A stretch of DNA of 54,797 nt, filler included, from Sphacelaria rigidula (lineage: Eukaryota), in the NCBI GenBank assembly GCA_964200075.2. It is 4 parts of 4 records of this genome, joined end to end, with 100 filler letters (N's around TTAATTAATTAA, not from the genome) between each part and the next. Parts side by side here need not be neighbours in the genome. Positions count along the whole stretch, not along the records: positions 1 to 13,629 come from CAXNAA020002760.1; 3 more parts are not named here. One strand, 5' to 3'. Shown in pieces: positions 1 to 11,192 of the stretch. Made by a program: the position numbers and the translations under genes. The notes beneath the pieces are model-generated. The model saw only the letters and a program-made list of their open reading frames with translations, was not told where the DNA came from and ran no database searches. Within the stretch, counting starts at the first letter, position 1, and every line of letters begins with the position of its first letter.

Positions 1-135
1 GTCGGGTGGGACTACCGTACTGCAAACCCCGACTGGAACATAACCCGAATAACGTACAGGTGGAATACGACCTATCGCACATATCACGCATATCGAGAAC
101 GCCTTCTATAAATGCGACTGATATCCGTCGTAACA
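1..135 (-). repeat. 3' LTR of the Gypsy element (partial)
   Basis: 134/135 identical to 6949-7083 and starts TGTTAC on the minus strand right after the purine tract. Confidence 0.9.
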
Positions 136-147
136 TCTCCCTCTCTT
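136..147 (-). promoter_or_regulatory. Polypurine tract (plus-strand primer)
   Basis: Minus strand reads AAGAGAGGGAGA immediately before the TG of the 3' LTR. Confidence 0.85.
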
Positions 148-1319
148 GCGTTGTGCACGCTGGTCAATGCAAAGTCGGGAGTGTCACGGCTTATATCCTA
201 CCGGGAAACATCCACTCAGATACAGGCCATCAGCCTTATATCACGCCAACGACGAGAAAACCGTGGAATTTCGGGGCTAGCGATGATCACGGGAAAAAGT
301 CGTCGTATTTTTCAAAAGATGGGCGAAACCTGGTAGTCAGGAAAAAGGCCTCACCGTTTTGGGAAAAATCTCTCACGCCCTTTCGGATCATAGCGAGTGC
401 TTTCGCATGTGTTATGTCGTGCCGGGATCTCAGCTACACTGTGAACAGAAACCACTGAGAATAATTCAAAAACTATCTGCAAATGGTAACGGCGCTTAGA
501 CACCCCTGATTGGTTACACCAATCCTGGGTAGAGTAGAACTTGCAAAAAGCTGACCCACTGAAAAAAATCCAATACGTTTGCTGGTTGATAGAAGTGCGT
601 AGGCTTTTCTCCCGTCGACCAGCAACCGCTGACCTATTGGACACTGAGGGCTCCTACCTCTTAGAGCAAGAGTTCCGTCCTGATACAGTGTCCAGGAAGG
701 TACTCGGTGCCCACCCTTCTTGTACAGTGCTAATTCTACGACACGAATTTTTCTACTCGAAAAGAGTGGGGCACTCTAAAGTCGGATGCGCAATTACGGA
801 CGCTGAGAAAAAATGAAAAAAAACATGAATCGGACCTAGGACTGACCAAAGAGGAAATAAAAAAGAAAATAGAAAGAAGGAAAAATATTAATGAAATAGT
901 ACACAGCGAGGAAAAGGGCACCACAACTCCGCATCCATCTCAGGACGAGAAAACCAAGCTGCGAAAATACACAAGAGCCACGTAGGCGCTATAGGACAAA
1001 AAGGACTAAAGAAAACAAGCAAACGAGAGTACAGAACCCAGAGAAGACAAAGACATGACTTATCCAACAAGGTCCATCCGCCAGAAGTATGTATATATAT
1101 GAGAAGGGGGAAAAGGAATAGGAAAAGAAGAAGAAAAAGACTCAAGAAACGACTCGCACTTCCTTCCAAAAACTATATATATATACGAATAAAAGAAAGA
1201 AAATCGGAAGCAAAAGTATGTGGAACTGCACACTCTTAAGGTACCGTGTTAAAGAGTTGACACTCTTCGCTTTGTCCCATCTAGTGCTATTCTCTGCTTT
1301 TCCCCCATGACGCTGCTTT

Positions 1320-4300
1320 CTAGCTCGTGACTGTCTGTGTTGCCGTTTCGCTCGACTGCGCTAGCTGCCAGAGTTCTCTCCGCGACAACTCCTTCCAGTT
1401 CCCGTCGTCGCATCGTACTTTCCAGAAACGCTTGCCGTAGTCGAACACTTGTCCCTTCTGCTTGACCCCACAGAAATTCTTCTTGAACTTAAAACCTATG
1501 GGGAACCAGTTCAGGGCATCACTGCGCGACAGGGAGACACGGCCGATGCTCGGGCGAGACGACGTACTTGGCGTCTTGGCTGGGTGGTAGAGGTACCAAA
1601 GTGCGTGAAACCCATCCAATTGCAGGGGTGTGAAGCTTTCCAGGACTTTGCTCTCCGGAAGTCACTCTGACGTCGCCCCCTCCGAGTCCTTCCTCAGTAC
1701 TCCCAACATGCACTTCTTTTCCCTGATTTGTACTCGCAGCGGTTCTCTAGGGTAAGGAGGCGGGGTGTGGAGTTGGGCGAAGACGATATCTTGAAGTCCG
1801 ATCCCCTTGCAAACTGAGCGAATTCGTCGGCAACGGAGTGTCTCAAGTGCGGCGGCCGTGCATGGTACGGTTCGACATCAGACGGGGCTACTGTGCGAGT
1901 ACGTAGTTTTCGTCCTTGCACCACTACCTCGAGACTGTGTCCGACCATCAGCACCTTTTTCACCGTCCAAGGTTCCGTATACCTGTCATGCGGAAGCTTC
2001 CTGCCCCTACCATCTCGGTACGTGGAGCTTTTACTCTCCCTCACCATGACCAGATCTCCTTCCGTGACCGACACGCCTGCTGATGGTCTCGAGATGGCTG
2101 CATTGCCCTTCTCCCATAACGCTTCTTTTGCCCCCTGCCTTTTGTCCACCGCCATCCTTACCTCGCAAAGGTTCTGTTTGCGCTGTTCAACGAAAACATT
2201 TAGTCCCTTGCTCGGTTCTGCTTCTTGTGAGAGGGGCACGAGCGAGTCTAGCGATGTGGGCGGTTTGCGGCGGAACAGCAGCTCGAAAGAGGACATGTTA
2301 GAGGGGAGAGATGTGTCGGGCAATGTGCGCTTTGTCAAGAGAGCGGGTGAGACATACTCGTTCCATCTCTGGGGCCACAGCCTACATAGTTCCGACAGCA
2401 TGTCTGACAGCCCCCCCCCAAGTCGCTCGACTGCTCCTTGACCGCGTGGGTGATCTGACGGCCCAAACGCGATGTCCGCCGTAAACCACCTGCACAGATG
2501 CGTGACAACATCGGCTCTGAACTATTTGCCCCTGTCGTAGCGGACCATTTGTGGGACACCAAAAGTTGGGCATAATTCTACTAGGATGGGTGCGATCTCG
2601 TGCGCTTCCTCCGATGGCAGAGGAAACCCGAACGGGAATCGGGAGGCGCGGTCAAGTACCAGCAGAATGAACTTGTTTCGTGAGTGCGACATCACATCAA
2701 TGGTTAGTAGGTCGATTTCCAACTCGGCCCATGGGTGTAGAGTGCACCCCGGTCTCATCACCATTTTACGGCTGCTTGCCTGCTTGCGTCGTCTACAGCT
2801 GCACGACAGCATATACTGTCTGGTGTCACGCGTCATAGTAGGCCAATGGAAGCGGTCGCGCATCAGAGCAAGGGTGGCGCCTACTCCGACATGTCCATAG
2901 AATGTATGCACGAGGTTAGCTACCATCGTTTTCGGGACAGCTAGCAGCTCCTTGTCGTCGGCTTCTCGGTACCACAGTATACGTTACTCGTCTACTTTGT
3001 AATCTGACCGTCTCTCACTCACCGTCTCTGGTGTTTCGCTGCCTGCAAGATCTGTCTGCACCTGTTTGAGAAAGGGATCCCCTTGTTGCTGGTGCCGGAT
3101 ATTACTTACGTTGGTGAGTATCCCTAGTGCACGATCGATCGCCGTTGTGTCCGTCAGGTCCGGATCTGCTGACCCCGTTGGTGTCTCTCCCTCGGCTAGG
3201 AGCACTTCACCTATTTCTACCCGCTCGTTTTACGATCGGTGTCGGCACCTGTAGCGGTACTTCAATCGGCGTTGACTCTGCGGGCGGATTCGGGGCGACC
3301 ACTTGGGGACTGAAAGGCAGGGGTGTTATATACGCAGCATCGGGGGGTTGCAAGCGTACTGACGGTCTGCGAGTACGAGTCGAACGGCGCCCAGGTTGGT
3401 TATCGGTATGACTGCGCACTCTGAGAAAGGGAGTAACCTCAGGGTTGCGATGTCAGGTGGGTTGTTGGAGTTCAACGATGAGTGCATACTTGTGTCTGCG
3501 CTCAATGGCGTACCCGCCCCTTCTGGTTGTAGCTCCGACAGTCGTTGTCCCGCGAGTTGGGGTCCCTGTGAGCCTACGAATTCTTTCGGCGAGCCCGACG
3601 TGAAATCGTCCGGAAAGGAGTACTCAATGTCGGGTTGTGGCTCACTCGCGTGTGGGAGTCGGGAGAATGCATCTGGCAGCACATGTTGGGACCCTTCTCG
3701 CCACTGGAGGTCGATGTCATACTCCATTAGCCGTAGGGCCCACCTGTGCAACTTGGGGGCAGAGATGGCGGCTACGGAACAAGCATATGAATGCCTAACA
3801 GTCAGTGATCAACGTGAACCTTCTTCAAGCTAAGTTCGTTCTGTAGTGTTGGACAGCCTTCAAGACAGCCATGCACTCTCGTGCCGTGGGTACTCTGCGC
3901 GAGTCGTTGCGAGAGAACCGGTGACTCCCAAATGATACGATGCGTGTTTCGCATCCTATCGGCTGCAGCAGCACCGCCCCAGCACCCACCTCGCTTGCGT
4001 CTGTCTTCAGTACAAACGCGTTGTTGGGATCGGGGAAGGCTAGTATCTTCGGCGAGGACAGGACTGCTTTGATGGCTTGGAACCCCTACTCCTGCTTGGT
4101 ATTCCACGGTATGGGCAGCTTTCGCGCTCGCTTGGATGCGAAATCTTTGTTGCGGAGCAGATTGGTTAGTGGGGTGGCTACTAGGCGCAGGTACCCTGTG
4201 AGGCCGAGAAAGTACGTAGCTCCTCGAGGGTGGATGGCCTGGGCATTCCAGCGATGGCGGCGAGCTTGGATCGCGCGGGTTGAAGGCGACTGCTATCTAC

Positions 4301-6011
4301 CAGCATGCCCAGAAACTCCTGCGACGCCGATGCAAAAATGCACTTGGCGAAGTTCGCCGAGAATCCCGCGACCAACAAGCGTTGTAACACGATCACGAGC
4401 AGAGCTAGATGCTCGTCCCAGGATGTGGTCGAGATAAGGATATTGTCAAGCCCGGTGAACACCGTATCCAAATGTCCTACCGTACCCTTTACCCGACGGG
4501 TGAACGCGGCGGATAGAACTGTTAGACCAAAGCCTGCTCGTGTGAAATCGTATAAGAGGCCATCTGCAGCTATGAACGCCGTTTTGATGTGGTCTTTCTC
4601 CGCGATCTCGATTTGGTGAAACCGGAGGCCGTCGAAATCGATTGCATATCCCCGAGACCCCCGCTGTCCGACACTAAGAATTTGTTCAGTTCACACCAAT
4701 CAATGCACAAGCGCAAGGTGCCGTCTTTTCTTCTCACGCATAAGCATTGGGCTGCCCACGGGGAGGTCGAGGGTTGGATTATCCCGCGATCAAGAAGCTT
4801 GTGTATCTCTTCGAGGATCATGTGACGTTCCTCCGGGAAAAATCGGCGTTGCTTAGCTGCGAATGGCGTACATGACTCGTTAGTGAGGGGGAGTTCTAGC
4901 TCACCGTTGATACAGGCGGGAACCCGCTTGGGATCTGTGGGGAACAGTCCAGCTTCGATAAAGCTCAGCAGCGTATCTACCAGCTCCCTCTTTCCCGCTC
5001 CTCCAAGCTGGTCCATGTTGGCGTCCGTCACGTTGACCTTGGGGCTTGGTTGGGCCGAGCAACTACTGTCTGGACGTGAGGCCCGGGGTGGGGGGTCCAC
5101 GGGGGGGTCTATCGTAGACGGATATGGGTCAAACAGTGAGTGAAACCTGGCGGAGTCGCGTACGTTCAGTGCTATCATACGCCCGACAGTGCCAGTAGGC
5201 TTCGCCGCTACCTGCTCCTTACTTGTATTTTCAAGTTTGCAGTACACCGGCGACCCTGGCTACCATCACGATACTCCCTTCGCGATCCCCCCCTCTGCTC
5301 CTTCGTCCAGATCGAACTTTGCCTGTGGGAATTACAAGCACAAGCTGCCTATCCTGTGGTTGAGGCCCGATCGCAGCTGTTTCTGCCGCGGCGCTGACGA
5401 AGCCGCCGAGCATGATCGTTTCTCCGACCAAGCGCAGCTTCCACTCGAGGGTGCTGTCGGCTTCCCAAGCTATGTCACTGTAGCTGGTGTAGTTGTGGAC
5501 AGAAGGACAAGCGGGTGCAGCTCGGGGGGCAGTGCTTTCCGTCGCGGTGTTCGGAGCTACTAGAATATCTGAATGTGGTAAGTAGGATTTTCGTTCGTCA
5601 GGGACAGGATCGACGGTGCCGCCGGCGAGGGGCAGAATCATTTTCCCGGAGCGAAATCTAGAACACTGTTATTGTATACCGGAAATATTCTGCACCTAAA
5701 ATGAAGCCGTACGGAAGGCCCTCCACTACTCGTACGGTTACATTACGGACCTGTAATTCGGAGTTTAGAACCACGGGCACAGCAACGGAACCGACTATGC
5801 GCATTGGGGAGACCTCACTCTGGAATGGGTTAGCTTCACAGAGAACACCTACCGCCTCAGCGTTTAGCGTATCGTCCAAGATGTTGACCTTGGGCAAGCT
5901 GCACCAGAGCGCTCCTGACATATAGATACCACCTCCCGCTCCCGTGTCCAACAAGATTTCTGTCGGCCACGGCCGCCGGGGACGCCGTCGATGCCATATC
6001 TCACCCGTCAC
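1320..6011 (-). pseudogene. pol: Gypsy pol pseudogene: aspartic protease, RT, RNase H, integrase, chromodomain-like and Tudor-like tail
   Basis: Protease ILLDTGAGG...GFILG (5658-6011). RT SPWAAQCLCVRRKDGTLRLCIDW, with the catalytic DD motif degraded to GLDN and a deletion after GGLGDMQSI. RNase H LKTDASEVGAGAVLLQ and RWALRLMEYD...DAFSRL. Integrase HTFYGHVG...FHWPTM...CSC and EIDL...RYDRG. Many frameshifts and stops. Confidence 0.92.
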
Positions 6012-6622
6012 CGAAAGTTGACTTCCGCGACGCTGGGATATCGTGGTGGCGCTGGGTCGGCGTAGGTTCCCTAGGTCGATTTCACCTGGGGCGCGTTTTC
6101 ACGCGTCGGCTCGAGTATCGCCAGCGGCGGCCTCGCTTGCGGATGCGCTCAGCATATCCTCGACGTCATCGTCGTGGTCTTCGCCGATGAGGCCCAGGTC
6201 GACTGCTGCCAAGTATTGTGGTTCCGTGGCCGCGGCTAGCCGGCGTTGGAGAATGGCCGTCTTGCGGCGGGTTACCTACTTGCCTGCAGTGCTGCTAGGA
6301 GTGTACGCTATCGCACCGCCTGAAACGTGTACAGCTGGTGGTCCTATTGGGTGTATCTGCGCATACAACTCACAATAAGCAAGCATGCTGCAATCTATTC
6401 ATGGGTCTTTCTACAGTCGGTATTCTTACTCATGTGTGCTGCTGCAGCATCCCAAGAGAGCCCGTCGATCACGTCCTAGCCTATCCGACTGCCCCCACGT
6501 ATCACAGAGAGGTTGTGAGAAAGATGTTTACCACAGTTATGAACGCCATACACGGGCAGGTAGCATAACCCTGTCCTTCATGTTGCCGGCGAAGGCAAGC
6601 AAACAACGAGATCGGCACTATC

Positions 6623-7083
6623 TGTAGTGAGATATCTAACAGCACCAGTGGATATGTTGTGGTCTGACCACGAGGTGATAAGGGTGTCAATCTTACGGAA
6701 CATACCAGGCCAGGGGTTGCACGAAGCAAGCAGCTGACCGCAATGAATTATTGCAGTCGAGTGGAGTGACTCTCCAGCTCGTGGCTCACAGACCCTTGAG
6801 TCTGAACCAGCACTGCATCATGAGGCAAAACATAGACTCACTTTCACGTGCAGAGACGTGCTCTTGACTTGCTTGCAAGCGAGGTGTCTCCAGGTGGTGG
6901 CTGATAGCTTCGTTATTAGGCTTGCTAGGTAGCTAAAACGATTGACCGGTCGGGTGGGACTACCGTACTGCAAACCCCGACTGGAACATAACCCGAATAA
7001 CGTACAGGTGGAATACGACCTATCGCACATATCACGCATATCGAGAACGCCTTCTATAAATGCGACTGATATCCGCCGTAACA
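6623..7083 (-). repeat. 5' LTR of the Gypsy element (inner boundary approximate)
   Basis: Minus strand starts TGTTACGGCGGATATC at 7083 and plausibly ends GATATCTCACTACA at 6623. The inner end cannot be confirmed because the partner LTR is cut off. Confidence 0.7.
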
Positions 7084-9449
7084 GATCTGCATAATAATGA
7101 GCCTCAGGCGATTGCCGAAATTTCAGACCTTTTCCCATTTGTTTCATTGGTCGATAATAACGGCTCGAAATGTGTATGTTGCTCCGCCGCGATTCATTTG
7201 CCGGTCCACTTCGAAGCTCTGGAATAGCGGGATGATCGTGGGTAGAGCCCTCTATGGGTTGGAATAGTGGTGGTCGGAATGACAAAACAAAATCTCGGCA
7301 TTTAGCGGCTAGCCGCCGAAAGGTAACAGAGAGTGTGGTGACGTATACATTTTTTGGGTGGTGAACGTGGCATCCTCACCTTACACCACATGTATAGTGC
7401 TTGTCGTGCATTATGCGTGTTCGCCGTCGGTTGCACAAGACCTGCATGAGCTTGGCGATTGGGATTCTATCCCCGATTATCAAGCAGCAGGCGTCCATCT
7501 TGAAGAAGATACCCACCCCACACAACTGAAAATCGTGTTTGATGCTCGGTCTCAGAGTGACCAATTGTGGCCAGTAACTGTGACTAATAAACGATCAAAA
7601 CAGACGGGAACGTTGTGTAACGTCGGTTCAGTGACTATACCAAGCAGTTTTTAACGAAATATGTTCCGATGCCTCCTAGAGATGAGGTTTTCAAAACCGA
7701 ACCGCCAAGGCTACAGTACTTTTTGACGTAGGGTTTCGCTATGGCTCTTCACGTCAAAGACTGGGACGCTGACCGCCGCTCTCGAGAGACACTTCGCCCA
7801 TGAAGAGGAGGAAGGTGTAAAGCTCGTGAACGACCCTTTCAGGCTTGTGCGTTTAGTAAAGATTGTTCGCACGACCATTTCCGTCATCGCACGGCAAAAC
7901 GGTGTCGTCTGAGCGTCGGCAGTTGGTGATGCAATGATGACGCGTGCTGTCATCGGTGACTTACCACTGATGTACGCAATGGTCACCTCACAGCATATTA
8001 TACCGTCTGTGATCAGATTGCGATATCTCGCCGCGATTTACCTTGTTGGGTGTACTGTCTCTCAGAGCATCCCGCGGATTCTTCGCTGAGCAACGTACAC
8101 ATCAATGGCTTCCCCTCTTACCCCGACATGCGCAGTTTGCGCGATGCCCATCTGCCTTCCTCCTCATCGACCACGTCGTAAGGAAGTCGGTGATGTTCTA
8201 CATCCAGACTTGAAAGGCACTGCATCCCGCTCATGATGTGGTGTCCACGTTCTGCAAGGGGACACACTGTGGCACAGCACATTCGGCCGACGTTTGAGAA
8301 ATCGAAGAGCACTTGAAGCGGGAGTTGTCAAATGCTAGCTTCCGCGTAAACCCTGCTATGCCGGCACCACATGCTGAGGGAGGGGGGGGGGGATACTCAT
8401 TTGTTGCTTGCCATAGTCGTTTGACCAGTGACCAGAGGGAGGAGACAAAAAAGTCTTCACCGCAAATAACTCCCAGGTAGCCCTAGTTAAATGGCGGTGA
8501 TGTCAGTTGGTGCTCACGCCGGCAGTCGTGCAGTGGACCTCCCCGCCCGGCACCCGAATGGACGGTGATTGAAGACGAATCCCCGCGACGGCAACAAATC
8601 CTGCTGCGCGATGGGGTCGCGGGAGGTGCTTCATGTGTCGGTGTGGGTGCACCCATACTCTTTCGACGCCATCGCTATCCAGGAGTTCGGGAGTATATCT
8701 GGGTTCGAATGTATCGTTCAAGGTTTACGTTAGTGATGTTGGCCGTTACCGCGGTCGGAGAAATGGTGTGGTCGCCTACCACACTATCAGGGTATACTTA
8801 AATGTGGTGTGGACCGTGAACAAAACGACCCTGTCCATTAGATACATTCCCTAAACATGCGGTAATATTTTTGCCTGCGTAGCCCCCCAAAGGGTGAGGA
8901 TATTATGCAAAGCGCAGGGGTCAACACTCAGGTCCTAAAACGAGCCTCAATGTTGACCTCCAAATAAGTGGAGGCATCTCCCAAACTTCTCAGATAGGGC
9001 GGCGCAATTTCGGCAAACGGTGATAAAAATGGTTTCCGAAACCGAGAGTATGTAGGGGTAGCGTCTAAGTGCGTCTCCACAACTGTGCCTTTGTTTTATG
9101 AAGGCACTTCTAGTTGCGAGCTGCTGTGAAACTAACTAGTCGGTGAACTCCGTCGGCATCCCGCAAAACGCACTGCAGTGCTAGCGTGAAGATCCGGGCT
9201 TTTACAGGGGATGCCCATGCGAAGATCTGCCGTAGGGTATTCCCGACTGCAGAAGCCGAGGTTTGGAAGACGGTTGTTTCGGACCTGCGTGAGGAAGGTG
9301 AAGACGAAGATGGCCCGAAAAGGCTCGAACGTCCGCTCGGTATGGATACGGCTTGCCGACGGCGTAGGTTTTCGCACGGTCCTAAACTCTGCCGCAGAAG
9401 AGGACGGGTGCGTTAAGCCCGCCCTCTTTTGAGCTCGGAAACGATGTGT

Positions 9450-9659
9450 TGTAATGCGTGAGAGGACCGCGTGCTAAGAGGACCGCATCGGAATTTGAAC
9501 ATCCCTATGGTTAGCGTTAGGGTTGGGGTTAGTGTTGGGTTTAGGGTCAGAGCGTGGTGCCTGCAGGGACTGGCCCGATTGGTTTTGAAAAACGTTGATC
9601 CTGGGGTATTTGGAACAACGGCGCGGTCCTCTAAGCACGCGGTCCTCTCACGCATTACA
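9450..9659 (+). mobile_element. MITE with 37-bp TIRs (TGT...ACA), 4-bp TSD GTGT and internal TTAGGG-like repeats (Ginger-like)
   Basis: Left TIR TGTAATGCGTGAGAGGACCGCGTGCTAAGAGGACCGC; right TIR GCGGTCCTCTAAGCACGCGGTCCTCTCACGCATTACA (1 mismatch); GTGT on both flanks. Confidence 0.88.
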
Positions 9660-9760
9660 GTGTAAAGACGGTACATCTATTTCCCCGGGTAGGGGAAGGA
9701 TCCATACTCCGCTTGGTTTGGGGGGGGGGGCGGGGGCGGGAACAAGTTTCCTAAGACCGT

Positions 9761-9970
9761 TGTAACGCGTGAGAGTACCGCGTGGTTAGGGGACTGCATC
9801 GTACTTTTAGATACCTCAGGATCGTCGTTTTTTCAACCTATCGGGCCAGTCCCTCCAGGAACCACGGCCCTGACCCTAACCCCAACACTGACACTAACCC
9901 TAACCCTGTCCATAGCGATGTTCAAATTCCGATGTGGTCCTCTAAGCACGCGGTCCTCTCAGGCATTGCA
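9761..9970 (-). mobile_element. Second copy of the same MITE, inverted, TSD CCGT
   Basis: TGTAACGCGTGAGAG...CTCTCAGGCATTGCA, flanked by CCGT on both sides. Internal CCCTAA-like repeats. It is a diverged reverse complement of 9450-9659. Confidence 0.85.
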
Positions 9971-10853
9971 CCGTTACGGATGCAACGAAGTGGCGGAGCG
10001 CGAAGAAACCTCTGGAGAGAAGACCCACGACTCAGGGCGCATGCCGGCGGCCTACCGTGTAGAAACAGATGCCGCCTCAGTAGAATGTAGCCGTGTTCCA
10101 ACCATACGTGTCTTGGGACCGCAGCGGGTGGTGTTCTTCCCACCGCCGGGATTGCTAGCCGTCGTGCGCCACGGGACTTGCCGTGCGGTCATATCACCTC
10201 CCTTGTGTTTCGGTTGACACATGAATGAAGAGAAACGAATCAGCGGGGTTTTTCTTCCAGTTCGTCTCAAATCGTTCCCATATTGTTGTTTATGCACACG
10301 ACCCACTTGTCATTCCTCGTCGGCCTTGTCCATCACCTAAGTCATGGTGTGCTGTATACATACACGGAGCGTTGCACGGGTTGACAGAGGCATATCCAGA
10401 AGTTGGCGATATGACGCGTGGGCGGCGCGTTCCTGTTGTAGTTTTTCTTTAAACTTTCGGAATCATTTTCCCGACAGAATGAGGCCGTCATTCGTGAACC
10501 AGCTGCGGTTTGACTGGGAGGGTATTCTTGTCGTTCTTTTCCGCGGTCCCCAGTATTTCTTTTTGGAGGGGGGAATCGAACTGACTCTGAGTCCAACATC
10601 CCCCGTATCAACCTGGTTTCCGAAGCACCAGCTATTGTTTCGCCATCGCGTGAAACTGACAAGGGTCCAGAACATCGAACAACATGGAAGTGCCGCGCTT
10701 GGGATGGGCTTCGCCGGTCTTCGCCGGTGTCGCCCGTATGAGGGGCGTCTTGCAGTGAGAAACCAGCTATCACGCCTATTTGAGGCGTGCCATGCACTAA
10801 GAAACCAGCTCTGACGCCCTGTCGTTCAATTTTTCGATGCATGTTTTGGGCTG

Positions 10854-10963
10854 CACGGGTGGCCACTGGGGTGCCTGCAACCTCAAATTTGGACGTTACA
10901 GACCTTGTGCAACGTCTGTAGCGCCCAAATATGAGGTTGCAGGCACCCCATTGGTCACCCGTG
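10854..10963. repeat. 110-nt foldback: 50-bp arms with a 10-nt loop
   Basis: 10854-10903 and 10914-10963 are reverse complements at 45/50 positions; two of the five differences are G-U pairs on the plus strand. Confidence 0.85.
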
Positions 10964-11070
10964 TGGTTTATGGGCAGGCTATCGCGGCAGCTGTCCACAC
11001 GTCGGACGAGCACGAGTGTGGCTCGTGACACTCGTGCTCGTTGGGCTGCTCGTTGGCCGTAAAAATTAAG

Positions 11071-11192
11071 AGGGCGAGCACTCGAGTCATTGCTCGTTGT
11101 GGAAACAAACAAATAGGGCGAGCACTCGAGTCATTGCTCGTTGTGTAGAAAAAATGATGGGGCGAGCACTGGAGTCATTGCTTGTGGAAAAA
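11071..11192. repeat. Three tandem ~45-bp units GGGCGAGCACTCGAGTCATTGCTCGTTGTG; fourth copy at 12230-12265
   Basis: Direct repeats start at about 11071, 11115, 11159 and 12230. The core has a GAGCA...TGCTC stem around CTCGAG. Confidence 0.85.

Larger units (their letters stand above)
1..7083 (-). mobile_element. Ty3/Gypsy LTR retrotransposon, decayed; 3' LTR truncated by the contig end
   Basis: Bases 1-135 match 6949-7083 with one mismatch (LTR pair, both starting TGTTACG on the minus strand). A purine tract sits just before the 3' LTR. Internal domain order is protease-RT-RNase H-integrase, which is the Gypsy order. Confidence 0.93.

Noticed and set aside
6600-6650. tRNA primer-binding site of the Gypsy element
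   Set aside because: Candidates (GATAGTGCCGATC, TGGTGCTGTTAG) cannot be matched to a tRNA without a search, and the LTR inner boundary is uncertain.
6818-7285. 155-aa minus-strand ORF as gag (and the 6-458 plus-strand ORF)
   Set aside because: Both straddle an LTR boundary and have no gag motifs; likely chance ORFs.
10342-11112. 256-aa minus-strand ORF
   Set aside because: Runs through hairpins and tandem repeats; no recognisable domain.
11071-11192. CRISPR-like repeat-spacer pattern
   Set aside because: Only three units, spacers are 12-15 nt and A-rich, the context is eukaryotic and there are no cas genes.
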